Position numbers and translations under genes: made by a program | Source of the DNA: an uncultured Planctomycetales bacterium | GTDB taxonomy: Bacteria > Planctomycetota > Planctomycetia > Isosphaerales > Isosphaeraceae | DNA: 64,000 bases | NCBI GenBank assembly: GCA_937907525.1 | Contig: CALCIB010000187.1 | Span: forward strand, 390-64,389 | Direction: 5' to 3' | In this document: positions 33,936-42,742 of the stretch, in pieces | How positions within the stretch are numbered: position 1 is the stretch's first letter | Layout: each line of letters opens with the position of its first letter | The notes under the pieces: model-generated | Seen by the model: only the letters and a program-made list of their open reading frames with translations | The model's database searches: none | Told to the model about the DNA's origin: nothing

Positions 33936-36900
33936 ATGGCCATCACGCTCACTGGTTATTGCGGGCTCAAGTCGGTCAACCGGGCAATGGCCGGCGGCGG
34001 CGAACGCGTCACGTTGGCGATTTGCGCGCGGACGAACGGCTGGCGCTTCTCGCGCTGGCAGAACTTGCTCGCGTTCGGTTCGTACGCGTCGATTCGCTCG
34101 TATCAGCCGTACGGAAGTCGCCCGTCGGTCACGTTGCAGGCGTCGGAACGGTTCGTCGGCGACGCGACCACCTACGAGACGTCGAAGGCGGGCGGCGCGA
34201 TCGGCGAGGCATACCAGATCACGTTGGTCTACGACAAGGACGACCCGAACCGGCAGTTCCTCGCCGTCAACGGAGTCAAGGTCGCGACGCCGGTCCACGC
34301 CGCGGCCCTGTCGTCGTGCGCGTTCATCGACGTCGGCGACCCCGTCGGCATCGGCAACGCCGACGGTCTCGGGGTCACGTTTCAGGACGCCGTGGTCGTC
34401 GACGGCCACGCCGCGAGCGACGAGGAGGTCAAGGCCCTCGCCGGCGGCTCGGCCGGGGCGGCCGACTTCGTGACGTCCCTCGCGTCCGTCCCAGGCGTGA
34501 CGGCGTCGTACTACTCGCTCGCCGGCGAAGCCGGGACCGTCCCCCAGGCCGGCGACCCCGGCCTGCTGCCGACGATCGGAGGCGGCCCCGGCTACGGCCT
34601 CGTCGTCGCCCGCTGGGGCGCCGACCACGCCGCCGACGTCGCCTACGCCGAGCCGATGGTCTATGACTGGCGCGACGAGATCGTTCGAGCGTACGTCGGA
34701 TCGTCCGGCAAGACCGTCACCGTCGCCGTCGCGAGCAAGGCCGGCGGAGCCCCGCGCTTCCCGTCGACCTCGCGGCTGAACGCGGCCCCGACGATCCGCA
34801 TCGACGGCGGGGCCCCGATCACGCTGGGAACGGCCCCGCAAGCCGGGTGCTTCACGGGCGGGACCATGGACGCCGTGTACCTGGCGCTGCCGACCGGGAC
34901 GTACGTGTCCCCCGGACAAACCGTCTCCATGGACGTTCCGGAGGGTTGGTTTCCCGACGACTTCGGCGTCGCGCAGGCGCAGTCCGGGGTCGTCGTCGCC
35001 AACTACGCGGGGAAAAGCGTCACCGACCAGCTCTGGCCCGACCCCAAGACGATGCGGCTCGGCGTCAACCACGAGAGCACCCAGGACTACTGGGCGGCGT
35101 TGTGCTCCGTCCGGAACCTGGCCATGTTACTCGGACGGAACGCGAGGGACCGTTGGGAGGACGGCACGGTCAAGGGCAACCAGACCGTGCTGCTCCTGAC
35201 AACGGGGGCGTCCAACAAGCTGGACTTGCCCGGCATCCCCGGCCGCGCGGGGCGTTGGGTCTTCCGCTGGGACGACTACGATCCCGCGAACCCCGTGTCC
35301 ATCACCCCCATGTCGTACTCGAAGTACGGGTGGCGGGAGATACCCGGGTACGCCAACCCCGGCGACGACCAGGGGCGGGGAAAGGTCAAGGTCTGGGAGC
35401 TGGACCTCGGCAGGAAGTGGCCGTTCACCCTGGCGGCGGCCGTGGACGCCACGGCGACCACGATCCCGTTCCTGGAGAAGGCCGACTGGCAGTTGGTAAG
35501 CGGGAACTCCTGCTACCTGACGATCGGCGACGAGCGGATCCTCATCGGGGCTTACGACGTCGCGGCGAAGGCGTTCACCGGCTGCACGCGCGGCTGGAAC
35601 GGCACGACGGCGGCGGCGCACGCCGCCGCCGCGTCCGGGATCGCGCAGTACCCGGCGAAGTATGGCGAGGTCCACGTGGCGTTCGGCAGCCCGAACGCCG
35701 CCAACATGCGGTATTCCAATCTGGCCATCTACCCGCCGGGGTTTTACGACATTCCGGAGACGCCGACGCCGCTCGTCGTGCCGCCGCCCGACCCCATGGA
35801 CGTCGCCCCGGACCTCCAGGCTTACTTCGCCAAGGGCGTGGGCGCGCTGCGGTACATGACGGATACGCCGCTCTACCCCTGGCCCGGCGATTTCGAGTAC
35901 CCGGAGCAAATCGCGGCGCCGGACCAGGTCCACTACGGCACGCCGCGGATCACCGAGCGGTACGTCATCAAGGGGGTCAAGCCGATCGCCTGGGAGGACA
36001 TGCCCTACTTCTATTCGGCGACGTCGTGGCTCACGACCGCGGAGACGTACCCGGCGACCCTGTCCGCGCCGATCACGACCGCCCCCGCCGCCGGGACCGT
36101 CGAGACGGTGACGATCGCGAGCGACCCGGCGGCGCCGATCCTGCTCGGGCAATCCCTGTTCGCGGGCGACGAGGTCATGCGGGTGGTCGGCTTGCCGGTC
36201 TCTGGCGACGACCACCAGGTCGAGCGGGGGTCGGTCGGCACGACGCCGGCGACGCACCCGGCGGGCGCGATCGCCGTCGGCTACCGGATTCCGACCGCGG
36301 ATCCCGCGACGTACGTGGCGGCCTCCTCCAAGCGGGCGCTCCACTGTTACGAGGTGGTCTTCGACGAGGAGCAGTCGGCGCCGATCTCGTTCGGCCGCAA
36401 CATGAACGGCGTCTGGTCGAAGGTGGTCCCCGAGAACCGCACGGCCCAGCGGACGTTCACGCTGGCCGCGGCCCTGGACGCGACGTCCCTGGACGTCTTC
36501 CTGACCGCCGCCGATCCGGAGGATTGGGACGTCGTCGCGCGGGGCCTGACCCTGACCGTCGAGGGCGAGACGCTGACGGTGCTCTCCGTCGACGTCGGCG
36601 CCGGCAAGGTCACGGTCAAATCGCGGCCGACGGGCGCCGCCGCCCACGCGTCCGGGACCGCCGTGACGTCGTCGTCGTCCCGGATCCTGCTGCAAAGCGC
36701 GGACGGCGCGAAGCGCGCGTACAACGCCCTGTCCTCGTTCAACGCGCGCCTGTTCCCGATCGGGGCCAAGCGGGCGATCATCATCGTCGACGACTCCGAA
36801 TCCAACTCGTACCTCGTCCAGTCGGCCTCGCCGCCGTTCGACCAGGACGTCGACGCCACGAGCAACACGGCGCAATATCCGGGCTTCGAGCGGCCGTTCG

Positions 36901-38060
36901 CGCACATGGCCAAGGAGACGAACGACAGCCCGGGGACCTGGCACTGGCTGAACATCCCGTTCCGGGCCTGCGACGCGGCCGTTTACGAGATCGCCAAGGC
37001 CGTGCGCGACAATCTCGAGCCCGGCCGCAAGGTCATTTTCGAGTTGAGCAACGAGCTCTGGAACAACGTCTCGCTTTTCACGTCGACGCAGACCAACGCG
37101 GGGATCGCCACGACGTGCGGGGCGGCGGACACGCGCGACCCGTTCGTGCTGCGGTCGAAGACGGCGTTCGACGTCGCCAAGCGCTGCTTCGCCGAGGTCG
37201 GCCGCGAGGGCGAACTCGAGTTGGCGATCTGCTGGCAGACGACGGACGACGTCCTGGCCCGTTGCCGGGACCTGGGCGTCGAGCCCGACGCCATCGGCTG
37301 CGCCCCGTACTTCTCCGGACCGAAAACGGGGACGGTCGCGGACGACTACGTGGCCACGTTCGCCGCCGTCGATGACGACGCCGTATGCGACCTGCTCGCG
37401 TTCATGTACATGCACCAGACGCAGTCCGGAAGTCTGCGCTACATAGGCGATGCGCTTCGGACGGCCCGGACGAAGCACCTGGCGGCGACGGGCGCGCGAC
37501 CCAAGACGTACCTCTACGAGGGCGGTCTGGAGGCGATCATCGCGGCCGGCACGCCGAACGACCCCGACCCCGAGCGCCGGCGGACGCGAGACATCATCTT
37601 CAACCCGAACTTCTACTTCACCGAGGCGGCCCACTACGCGATGGTCCAGCGCGCCATGGAGGCCGACCTGTTCATGGTGTTCGTGATGTCCCAGGTGCTG
37701 TCGGACTACGCGCCCAACTCCACTTTCTACTGGGCGATGCTGTGGGGTCCGACGATGAAGCCGGGCCGAGGCGACGGGCGGGACGGCGGCGTCGTCAACA
37801 AGTCCTACGCCTATGCCGGGCTCACGGACAGGGTTCGGGGCGGCGGAGACGCCTACCGCGAGTCGGTCCGCTTCCAAGCGTGGCAGGACTACCAGGCCGC
37901 CTGGCGGGGAGAGAGCGTCCTAGACCCCGATCCAACCGACCCTGGCGGTTCCGACCCGGAGCCGGATCCAGGTCCGGGTTCGGGCTCGAACGGCCCGCCG
38001 ATTCGCGCCAAGCCCCGCCCTTTCGTCCCGCTCCGCGGATCTCGACGCGGATTCAGGTGA
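33936..38060 (+). CDS. Large multidomain putative virion accessory protein, 1374 aa
   Basis: GGAGG SD; LamG-like N-terminus (tentative), three internal beta repeats, C-terminal WHWLNIP...VIFELSNELWN region resembling glycoside-hydrolase-like domains, acidic Pro-rich linker. Confidence 0.75.
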   Translation: MAITLTGYCGLKSVNRAMAGGGERVTLAICARTNGWRFSRWQNLLAFGSYASIRSYQPYGSRPSVTLQASERFVGDATTYETSKAGGAIGEAYQITLVYDKDDPNRQFLAVNGVKVATPVHAAALSSCAFIDVGDPVGIGNADGLGVTFQDAVVVDGHAASDEEVKALAGGSAGAADFVTSLASVPGVTASYYSLAGEAGTVPQAGDPGLLPTIGGGPGYGLVVARWGADHAADVAYAEPMVYDWRDEIVRAYVGSSGKTVTVAVASKAGGAPRFPSTSRLNAAPTIRIDGGAPITLGTAPQAGCFTGGTMDAVYLALPTGTYVSPGQTVSMDVPEGWFPDDFGVAQAQSGVVVANYAGKSVTDQLWPDPKTMRLGVNHESTQDYWAALCSVRNLAMLLGRNARDRWEDGTVKGNQTVLLLTTGASNKLDLPGIPGRAGRWVFRWDDYDPANPVSITPMSYSKYGWREIPGYANPGDDQGRGKVKVWELDLGRKWPFTLAAAVDATATTIPFLEKADWQLVSGNSCYLTIGDERILIGAYDVAAKAFTGCTRGWNGTTAAAHAAAASGIAQYPAKYGEVHVAFGSPNAANMRYSNLAIYPPGFYDIPETPTPLVVPPPDPMDVAPDLQAYFAKGVGALRYMTDTPLYPWPGDFEYPEQIAAPDQVHYGTPRITERYVIKGVKPIAWEDMPYFYSATSWLTTAETYPATLSAPITTAPAAGTVETVTIASDPAAPILLGQSLFAGDEVMRVVGLPVSGDDHQVERGSVGTTPATHPAGAIAVGYRIPTADPATYVAASSKRALHCYEVVFDEEQSAPISFGRNMNGVWSKVVPENRTAQRTFTLAAALDATSLDVFLTAADPEDWDVVARGLTLTVEGETLTVLSVDVGAGKVTVKSRPTGAAAHASGTAVTSSSSRILLQSADGAKRAYNALSSFNARLFPIGAKRAIIIVDDSESNSYLVQSASPPFDQDVDATSNTAQYPGFERPFAHMAKETNDSPGTWHWLNIPFRACDAAVYEIAKAVRDNLEPGRKVIFELSNELWNNVSLFTSTQTNAGIATTCGAADTRDPFVLRSKTAFDVAKRCFAEVGREGELELAICWQTTDDVLARCRDLGVEPDAIGCAPYFSGPKTGTVADDYVATFAAVDDDAVCDLLAFMYMHQTQSGSLRYIGDALRTARTKHLAATGARPKTYLYEGGLEAIIAAGTPNDPDPERRRTRDIIFNPNFYFTEAAHYAMVQRAMEADLFMVFVMSQVLSDYAPNSTFYWAMLWGPTMKPGRGDGRDGGVVNKSYAYAGLTDRVRGGGDAYRESVRFQAWQDYQAAWRGESVLDPDPTDPGGSDPEPDPGPGSGSNGPPIRAKPRPFVPLRGSRRGFR

Positions 38061-38126
38061 ATCCTTTCCGATATCGAGCTGGGGCGGACGTCCCTCGGCT
38101 CTCAAACCTGGCAGTGAGGACGAACG

Positions 38127-38585
38127 ATGACGCCCACCCACCGCGAGCGCGACGTCCGCGACGCGATCCAGGAACTCTTGGATTCGACCCGCGCGTTTGA
38201 TCGGATCCATTCCGGCGCCCCGCCCGACGCCGGCGGCGAATCGTCCGGAGCTCGGCGATCCGCCTCGATCGAACCGAATGGGACCGTCGTGGCGGGGCAA
38301 GGCGACGACGTCGGCGGCGCGTTGAAAGCGACCGCCACCGTCACGCTCGTCCTACTCGCCCGCGACGACGATCCCACCGTCCGCGACGCCGCGGCCGAGA
38401 CGCTCTTGAACACCGCGGCCGCGGCCTTGAACGGTCGTTCCCTGGGCGGAATCACGCTGCCGGGGTCGACGCGGCTCCGCTCGTGGACGTGGCGCAAAGC
38501 CACTCCGCCCGAGCGCCGCATCGAGGCGATCCTGGAGTTCCAGTACTTGCTGGAAGGCTGGAACGACTTCGACATCTCGGAATGA
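38127..38585 (+). CDS. Putative tail terminator/completion protein (152 aa)
   Basis: Size and position immediately before the tube gene; VRDAIQELL start, alpha/beta pattern. Confidence 0.5.
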   Translation: MTPTHRERDVRDAIQELLDSTRAFDRIHSGAPPDAGGESSGARRSASIEPNGTVVAGQGDDVGGALKATATVTLVLLARDDDPTVRDAAAETLLNTAAAALNGRSLGGITLPGSTRLRSWTWRKATPPERRIEAILEFQYLLEGWNDFDISE

Positions 38586-38634
38586 ATCGCGCGCAAAGCC
38601 CCGGACACACTCTACTCGAACCAGGAGGCCATTC

Positions 38635-39051
38635 ATGGCCGCGACCAAGCTCCAGTCGAACTGGACGGCTGTTTCTTTCAACTCGGCCCCGATCTCTCGG
38701 GTGACGCAAGTGAGCTTCACCCAGGGGGGGACCCTTACGACCTACGCGGCCGACGGCGACCATTTCCCCACGGTCATCGTCAATACGATGAGCAAGCCCA
38801 AGGCGACCGTCGCCAGCGGCGACGTCGCGGCCCTCATGGCGATCGCGCCCGGGGTCTCTGGGACCTTCAGCGCGACCCACAAGGACGCCAAGGGGGAGGC
38901 CGGCGGAGACATCCTCTACGTCCTGGCCAACGCGGTGGCCGAAAACTCCGAGACCTCGGGGGCCCACGGCGAGTTCGGGACCGCGACCCTCACCCTCATG
39001 GCCTACTCCTCCGACGGAACCACCAACCCGCTCAGCTTCACCAGGGCTTGA
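38635..39051 (+). CDS. Putative major tail tube protein (138 aa)
   Basis: AGGAGG SD; small T/S/G/A-rich beta protein upstream of a frameshifting chaperone gene. Confidence 0.6.
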   Translation: MAATKLQSNWTAVSFNSAPISRVTQVSFTQGGTLTTYAADGDHFPTVIVNTMSKPKATVASGDVAALMAIAPGVSGTFSATHKDAKGEAGGDILYVLANAVAENSETSGAHGEFGTATLTLMAYSSDGTTNPLSFTRA

Positions 39052-39108
39052 TCGCTCGCCGCCCTGGGACCCCGACCACCTGGCTACGCGACGAGTTCCC
39101 GCCCCCAT

Positions 39109-39414
39109 ATGGAAGCCATGCCAATCGACGCGTTGATCGTTCCCGAGTCGTGGAAGAGCGGCGGCACGCAACTGGACCGGATCGACTCGATCCTCCGCGT
39201 GGCGGAACCCCTGCTGGGGGTGGACCGCTCGCGCGGGCAAAGGGCCTACATCCGCCGCCAACCGGGAGGCCGCCTCTTCATCACGACGGACCCCCGCGAC
39301 ACGATCTCCTTTCCGATCGGACACCCGCGCGAGGGTCGTCCCCGCTACACCTGGACCGCGGCCCCCGACGGCTCGGAACGCGGATCCCTGGTCGAGGAGG
39401 CTCGCGATGCTTGA
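39109..39414 (+). CDS. Hypothetical protein (101 aa)
   Basis: In-operon ORF whose stop overlaps the next start. Confidence 0.55.
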   Translation: MEAMPIDALIVPESWKSGGTQLDRIDSILRVAEPLLGVDRSRGQRAYIRRQPGGRLFITTDPRDTISFPIGHPREGRPRYTWTAAPDGSERGSLVEEARDA

Positions 39415-39820
39415 CGAGCGGGCGCTCCGCCGAACGAAGTTCTCCCCGGGGCCGGAGGTGACCCTCGGGGACGGAGGGAAATGGTCGCTCCCGACGCCGA
39501 GCCTGCGCCTGTTCCCCCTCAGGGGCGAGGACGGCCGAATCACGGTCGGCGGCGGCCCCAGCTTCGGCGCCGAATATGAGGCGCTGATGGACGATCTGGC
39601 CGATTGCGACCCCGAGGACGCGACCGGTCGTTTGACCATTCAGTTCCGGATGGCGGCCATGCTGCTGACGCGCAACTACGACCTTGCCGATCGCGACCTC
39701 CGTGAACTACTCGTCATCGACGCCGAGGATCCCGAGTGCCGCGAGCGCTGGCGGGAAATCAACCGGGTCATGACGGGCCGCGCCCCAAAACGTTTAGCCG
39801 ATGGCTCCGCTGCACCCTGA
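39407..39820 (+). CDS. Tail assembly chaperone (gpG-like), 137 aa
   Basis: GAGGAGG SD; position after tube gene; slippery heptamer near the 3' end. Confidence 0.65.
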   Translation: MLDERALRRTKFSPGPEVTLGDGGKWSLPTPSLRLFPLRGEDGRITVGGGPSFGAEYEALMDDLADCDPEDATGRLTIQFRMAAMLLTRNYDLADRDLRELLVIDAEDPECRERWREINRVMTGRAPKRLADGSAAP

Positions 39821-39972
39821 TCGCGAACGGGGTCGCCCAGGACCTGCCCTGGGAGGACGCCATCGGCGTCTCGGAAATGCTGGTGGCCCTGGGTCGAGCC
39901 GTCCCTCCCTCGCGATGGGTGGACGGCCAGCAAGCCAGGGCCCGGGAAGCCGCCCTCGAAGCCCTCTTCTGA
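39784..39972 (+). other. -1 programmed frameshift site (C CCA AAA, 39784-39790) and gpGT-like extension frame
   Basis: Heptamer is in the correct X XXY YYZ phase in the 39407 frame (GCC CCA AAA); the -1 frame stays open to TGA 39970-39972. Confidence 0.7.
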
Positions 39973-39997
39973 CCTGACCGACAGCGAGATTCCAATC

Positions 39998-40792
39998 ATG
40001 GGCCTCGACGAGTTTCTCATCCCTCAAGAGTCCTCACCGGCGACGGACCCAGGGCCGCTCGGCGATCTTGACGAAGTCCTCCTGGCGCCGCCCATGGGAC
40101 TCGACGCCCCGGAAGAGCCGGCGGGGTCGGGGATCGCCGCTCCTTTGAAAACCGCTCTGATCGAGTCGCCGCCCACGAACGACGGACGCGAGGCCGCGAT
40201 GCCAAGCCGCGCCTCGGAGTCGGCCCCCTCGTTGGCGGACGTGATCGTCGCCGCGCCTTCCACGGACGAGGAGCGCGTGGGAACGGTCAAACCCGCCGGG
40301 CCGGAGTCGATCCGCCTTGGCGATCCGAAGCCCCGCGACGCGCGACCGTCCCCCCCGGCCCTCGAGACCTCGGGAAAGTCATGGGAGTTCCTCGCGACGG
40401 CCTGGGATTCCGCTCCTCCTCCCTCCAGCGGGGACGTCGGCCGGATCGATGACGAATTCGTCTCGACGTCGCCCTTGACTCGGGTCGACTGGGGCGCGAT
40501 CGCACCGGCGAACTCCATCTCGACCATTCCAGGGCGTCGGACGGAGGCCTCTCCCTCCCGTTCCATGGCTTCCATCGCTCGTTGGGACGACGGCTTCTCG
40601 GCGCCGACGGACTTCGGGAAGCCCCTGGACGGCCCGGTCGACGGCCCCGATTTCGAGAACGACCTCGACGGGCTCGGAGAGCGACTGTCACGGATCGTGG
40701 ATCGTCTGGAACGAACCGTGGAGCGATTCGCCCCCCCGTCGACCCCGCTCGGCGCGCGGCCCCGGCCGTTCCGCGGCCGGATCGACGGCTGA
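39998..40792 (+). CDS. Pro/Ser-rich protein in the tape-measure position (264 aa)
   Basis: Follows chaperone; acidic Pro-rich body with C-terminal amphipathic helix LGERLSRIVDRLERTVERF. Confidence 0.55.
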   Translation: MGLDEFLIPQESSPATDPGPLGDLDEVLLAPPMGLDAPEEPAGSGIAAPLKTALIESPPTNDGREAAMPSRASESAPSLADVIVAAPSTDEERVGTVKPAGPESIRLGDPKPRDARPSPPALETSGKSWEFLATAWDSAPPPSSGDVGRIDDEFVSTSPLTRVDWGAIAPANSISTIPGRRTEASPSRSMASIARWDDGFSAPTDFGKPLDGPVDGPDFENDLDGLGERLSRIVDRLERTVERFAPPSTPLGARPRPFRGRIDG

Positions 40793-40810
40793 CCCCGAAC
40801 GAGAGATGCG

Positions 40811-41182
40811 ATGGTCACATTCAACGGCGAGAACATATTCGGGTCGGCCGTGCGGCTCCAGCACGTCGCGCGTCCCAGGGCCCAACAGGTCGTCGCCTTC
40901 TTCGGCGTCAGCGGGACTCAAGTCCTGGACGGCGGCGGCCGGGGGCGGGCCTTCTTCATCCGCGGGGTGCTCACCGCCCCGACGCTCGAGGGCCTCAACG
41001 CGATGGAGGCCAGGTTCCACGACTACGCCGACGGAACCGCCCGCGTCCTCGTCGACAACCGCGGTCGCGCGTGGTCGAACGTCGTCTTCAGGGGCGAGTT
41101 CGTTCCGGACCCGCGAGGCGCGGTCCCCGCGGGATCCGGTTGGGCCCTCCCGTACCGCGCCGTGTTTCACGGCCTGACATGA
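40811..41182 (+). CDS. Putative distal tail protein (123 aa)
   Basis: Position after the tape-measure slot; beta-rich small protein. Confidence 0.45.
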   Translation: MVTFNGENIFGSAVRLQHVARPRAQQVVAFFGVSGTQVLDGGGRGRAFFIRGVLTAPTLEGLNAMEARFHDYADGTARVLVDNRGRAWSNVVFRGEFVPDPRGAVPAGSGWALPYRAVFHGLT

Positions 41183-41213
41183 ACCGCCTCGTCCCCCGCG
41201 CGAGTCCCATTCC

Positions 41214-41909
41214 ATGCCATTCGACCAAGCATCGATCGTCGAAATGAAACCACCTAGATGGGACGGCGCGGCGCTGCAATTGTCGTGGGTCTCGACCGCG
41301 CCCGCCGGAACGACCTTCCAGGTCTACGTCGGCCGCCGCCTGGCCTGGTACGGGACGAACCGTTGGGTCGCCCTGACGATGCCGGACTCCCGAGTCCGGA
41401 TCGACGTCGGCGCGGTCGGCCCCGGCGAGGCGACGGTCGACTTCTCGTCGACGCTTCCGCCGGCCCCCGGAGACCGCGTGACGCTTACTTGGCTCGGCGG
41501 TTCGTACCTGGACCCGGAGGGCGGCGACGACGTCCAGGGCTTTCACGTCTTCGGTTCCAGGCGCGCCGGCTGGGACGTCGACTACACCGAGCCTCTGGCC
41601 GAGATTCCAGCCTATCCCGGCGGGTCGCCGATCGACGGATTCGGAATCGGCGGCTTCGGTCAAGGGGGATTCGGCCGGGCCGCGTCGACTTACCGCTGGA
41701 CGAGCGCCGCGCTCGGATCCGGGACGTGGACCTTCGCGGTCGTCCCGTTCGACGCGGTTGGAAACCAGGGGCCGGGGACGACCATGACGACGACCGTCGT
41801 CGCTCCTCCCCGCCCCCCGGCGGCCGACTCGGACGGCACTCGACTTCGATGCACGTACAACCCGGAGACGCGCCAGGCGACGCTCTCCTGGAACCCCAGC
41901 CCCGCCTGA
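41214..41909 (+). CDS. FN3-like tail-associated protein (231 aa)
   Basis: LQLSW, TFQVY, VTLTW, WTFAVVPFDAVGN; GFGIGGFGQGGFG loop. Confidence 0.6.
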   Translation: MPFDQASIVEMKPPRWDGAALQLSWVSTAPAGTTFQVYVGRRLAWYGTNRWVALTMPDSRVRIDVGAVGPGEATVDFSSTLPPAPGDRVTLTWLGGSYLDPEGGDDVQGFHVFGSRRAGWDVDYTEPLAEIPAYPGGSPIDGFGIGGFGQGGFGRAASTYRWTSAALGSGTWTFAVVPFDAVGNQGPGTTMTTTVVAPPRPPAADSDGTRLRCTYNPETRQATLSWNPSPA

Positions 41910-41928
41910 TACAGGAAACCGTCCGTTC

Positions 41929-42720
41929 ATGGCGACCACATACACTCCGCGGGCGAAGCTAGCCAAGCCGGGCCCGGCCGATCGCGAGTGGAACGTCCCG
42001 CTCAACGCCAACTCAGACGCCCTCGACGCTCTGTCCCCGATCGGAGGCCTCTGCGTCTCGCCGGCCGAATCCCCCAGCGCGACCCTTCGGATCCAGATCG
42101 CCGCCGGGCGGTTTCAACGTCGAGACGGCACGGTCGGGACGTTCGACGGATCGACCTCGTTCGCGCTCCTGGCTGATTCGAATTCATACGTCTACTTGAC
42201 CGACTCCGGCGACCTGACCGCCTCGTCCGCCGGATTCCCGGCCACGTCCCACGTGCCGCTCGCCATCGCGACCACGGGCGCCTCGGCCGTCACGGGCGTC
42301 GCGGACGTCCGGGTCGTGTGCGGGACGGTCGGCAACGATTCCAGACCCTTCCTGACCGCCGCCGGCGGCGCGATGAGCGACGGAGCGGCCTTCGCCGCCG
42401 GGTCGTCCTCCGGCCTCAAGATCGGCACATCGGCCTCCCAGAAGCTTGGGTTCTGGAACGCCGCCCCCGTCGCCCGGCCGGGAACCTATTCCCAGGGGTA
42501 CGCCGCCTCCTCTCGAAGCCTGGCGGCCTATACCCCGGCGCCCGCGTCGGCTCCGTTCGCGGGCGTGGGCCCGGGCCAGACGGGATCCCCTTACGCCCAA
42601 GTCTCCGATCTCAACACTCTCAGGACGTCGTATGAAAACCTGAGGCTGTTTTCCGAGAACGCGACCCAACTCCTCAACGCCCTCGTCAACGACCTGAAGG
42701 CGATGGGGCTGATCGGCTGA
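41929..42720 (+). CDS. Phage fibre protein (263 aa)
   Basis: N-terminal TPRAKLAKPG...WNVPLNANSDALD resembles fibre-attachment motifs; C-terminal LLNALVNDLKAMGLI resembles fibre trimerisation ends. Confidence 0.6.
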   Translation: MATTYTPRAKLAKPGPADREWNVPLNANSDALDALSPIGGLCVSPAESPSATLRIQIAAGRFQRRDGTVGTFDGSTSFALLADSNSYVYLTDSGDLTASSAGFPATSHVPLAIATTGASAVTGVADVRVVCGTVGNDSRPFLTAAGGAMSDGAAFAAGSSSGLKIGTSASQKLGFWNAAPVARPGTYSQGYAASSRSLAAYTPAPASAPFAGVGPGQTGSPYAQVSDLNTLRTSYENLRLFSENATQLLNALVNDLKAMGLIG

Positions 42721-42742
42721 CCGCCGCGAGAGGACGCACGGC

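Noticed and set aside
32254-40792. Recurring PRPF tetrapeptide at termini of three cluster proteins
   Set aside because: Pro and Arg are very common in GC-rich ORFs, so chance cannot be excluded.
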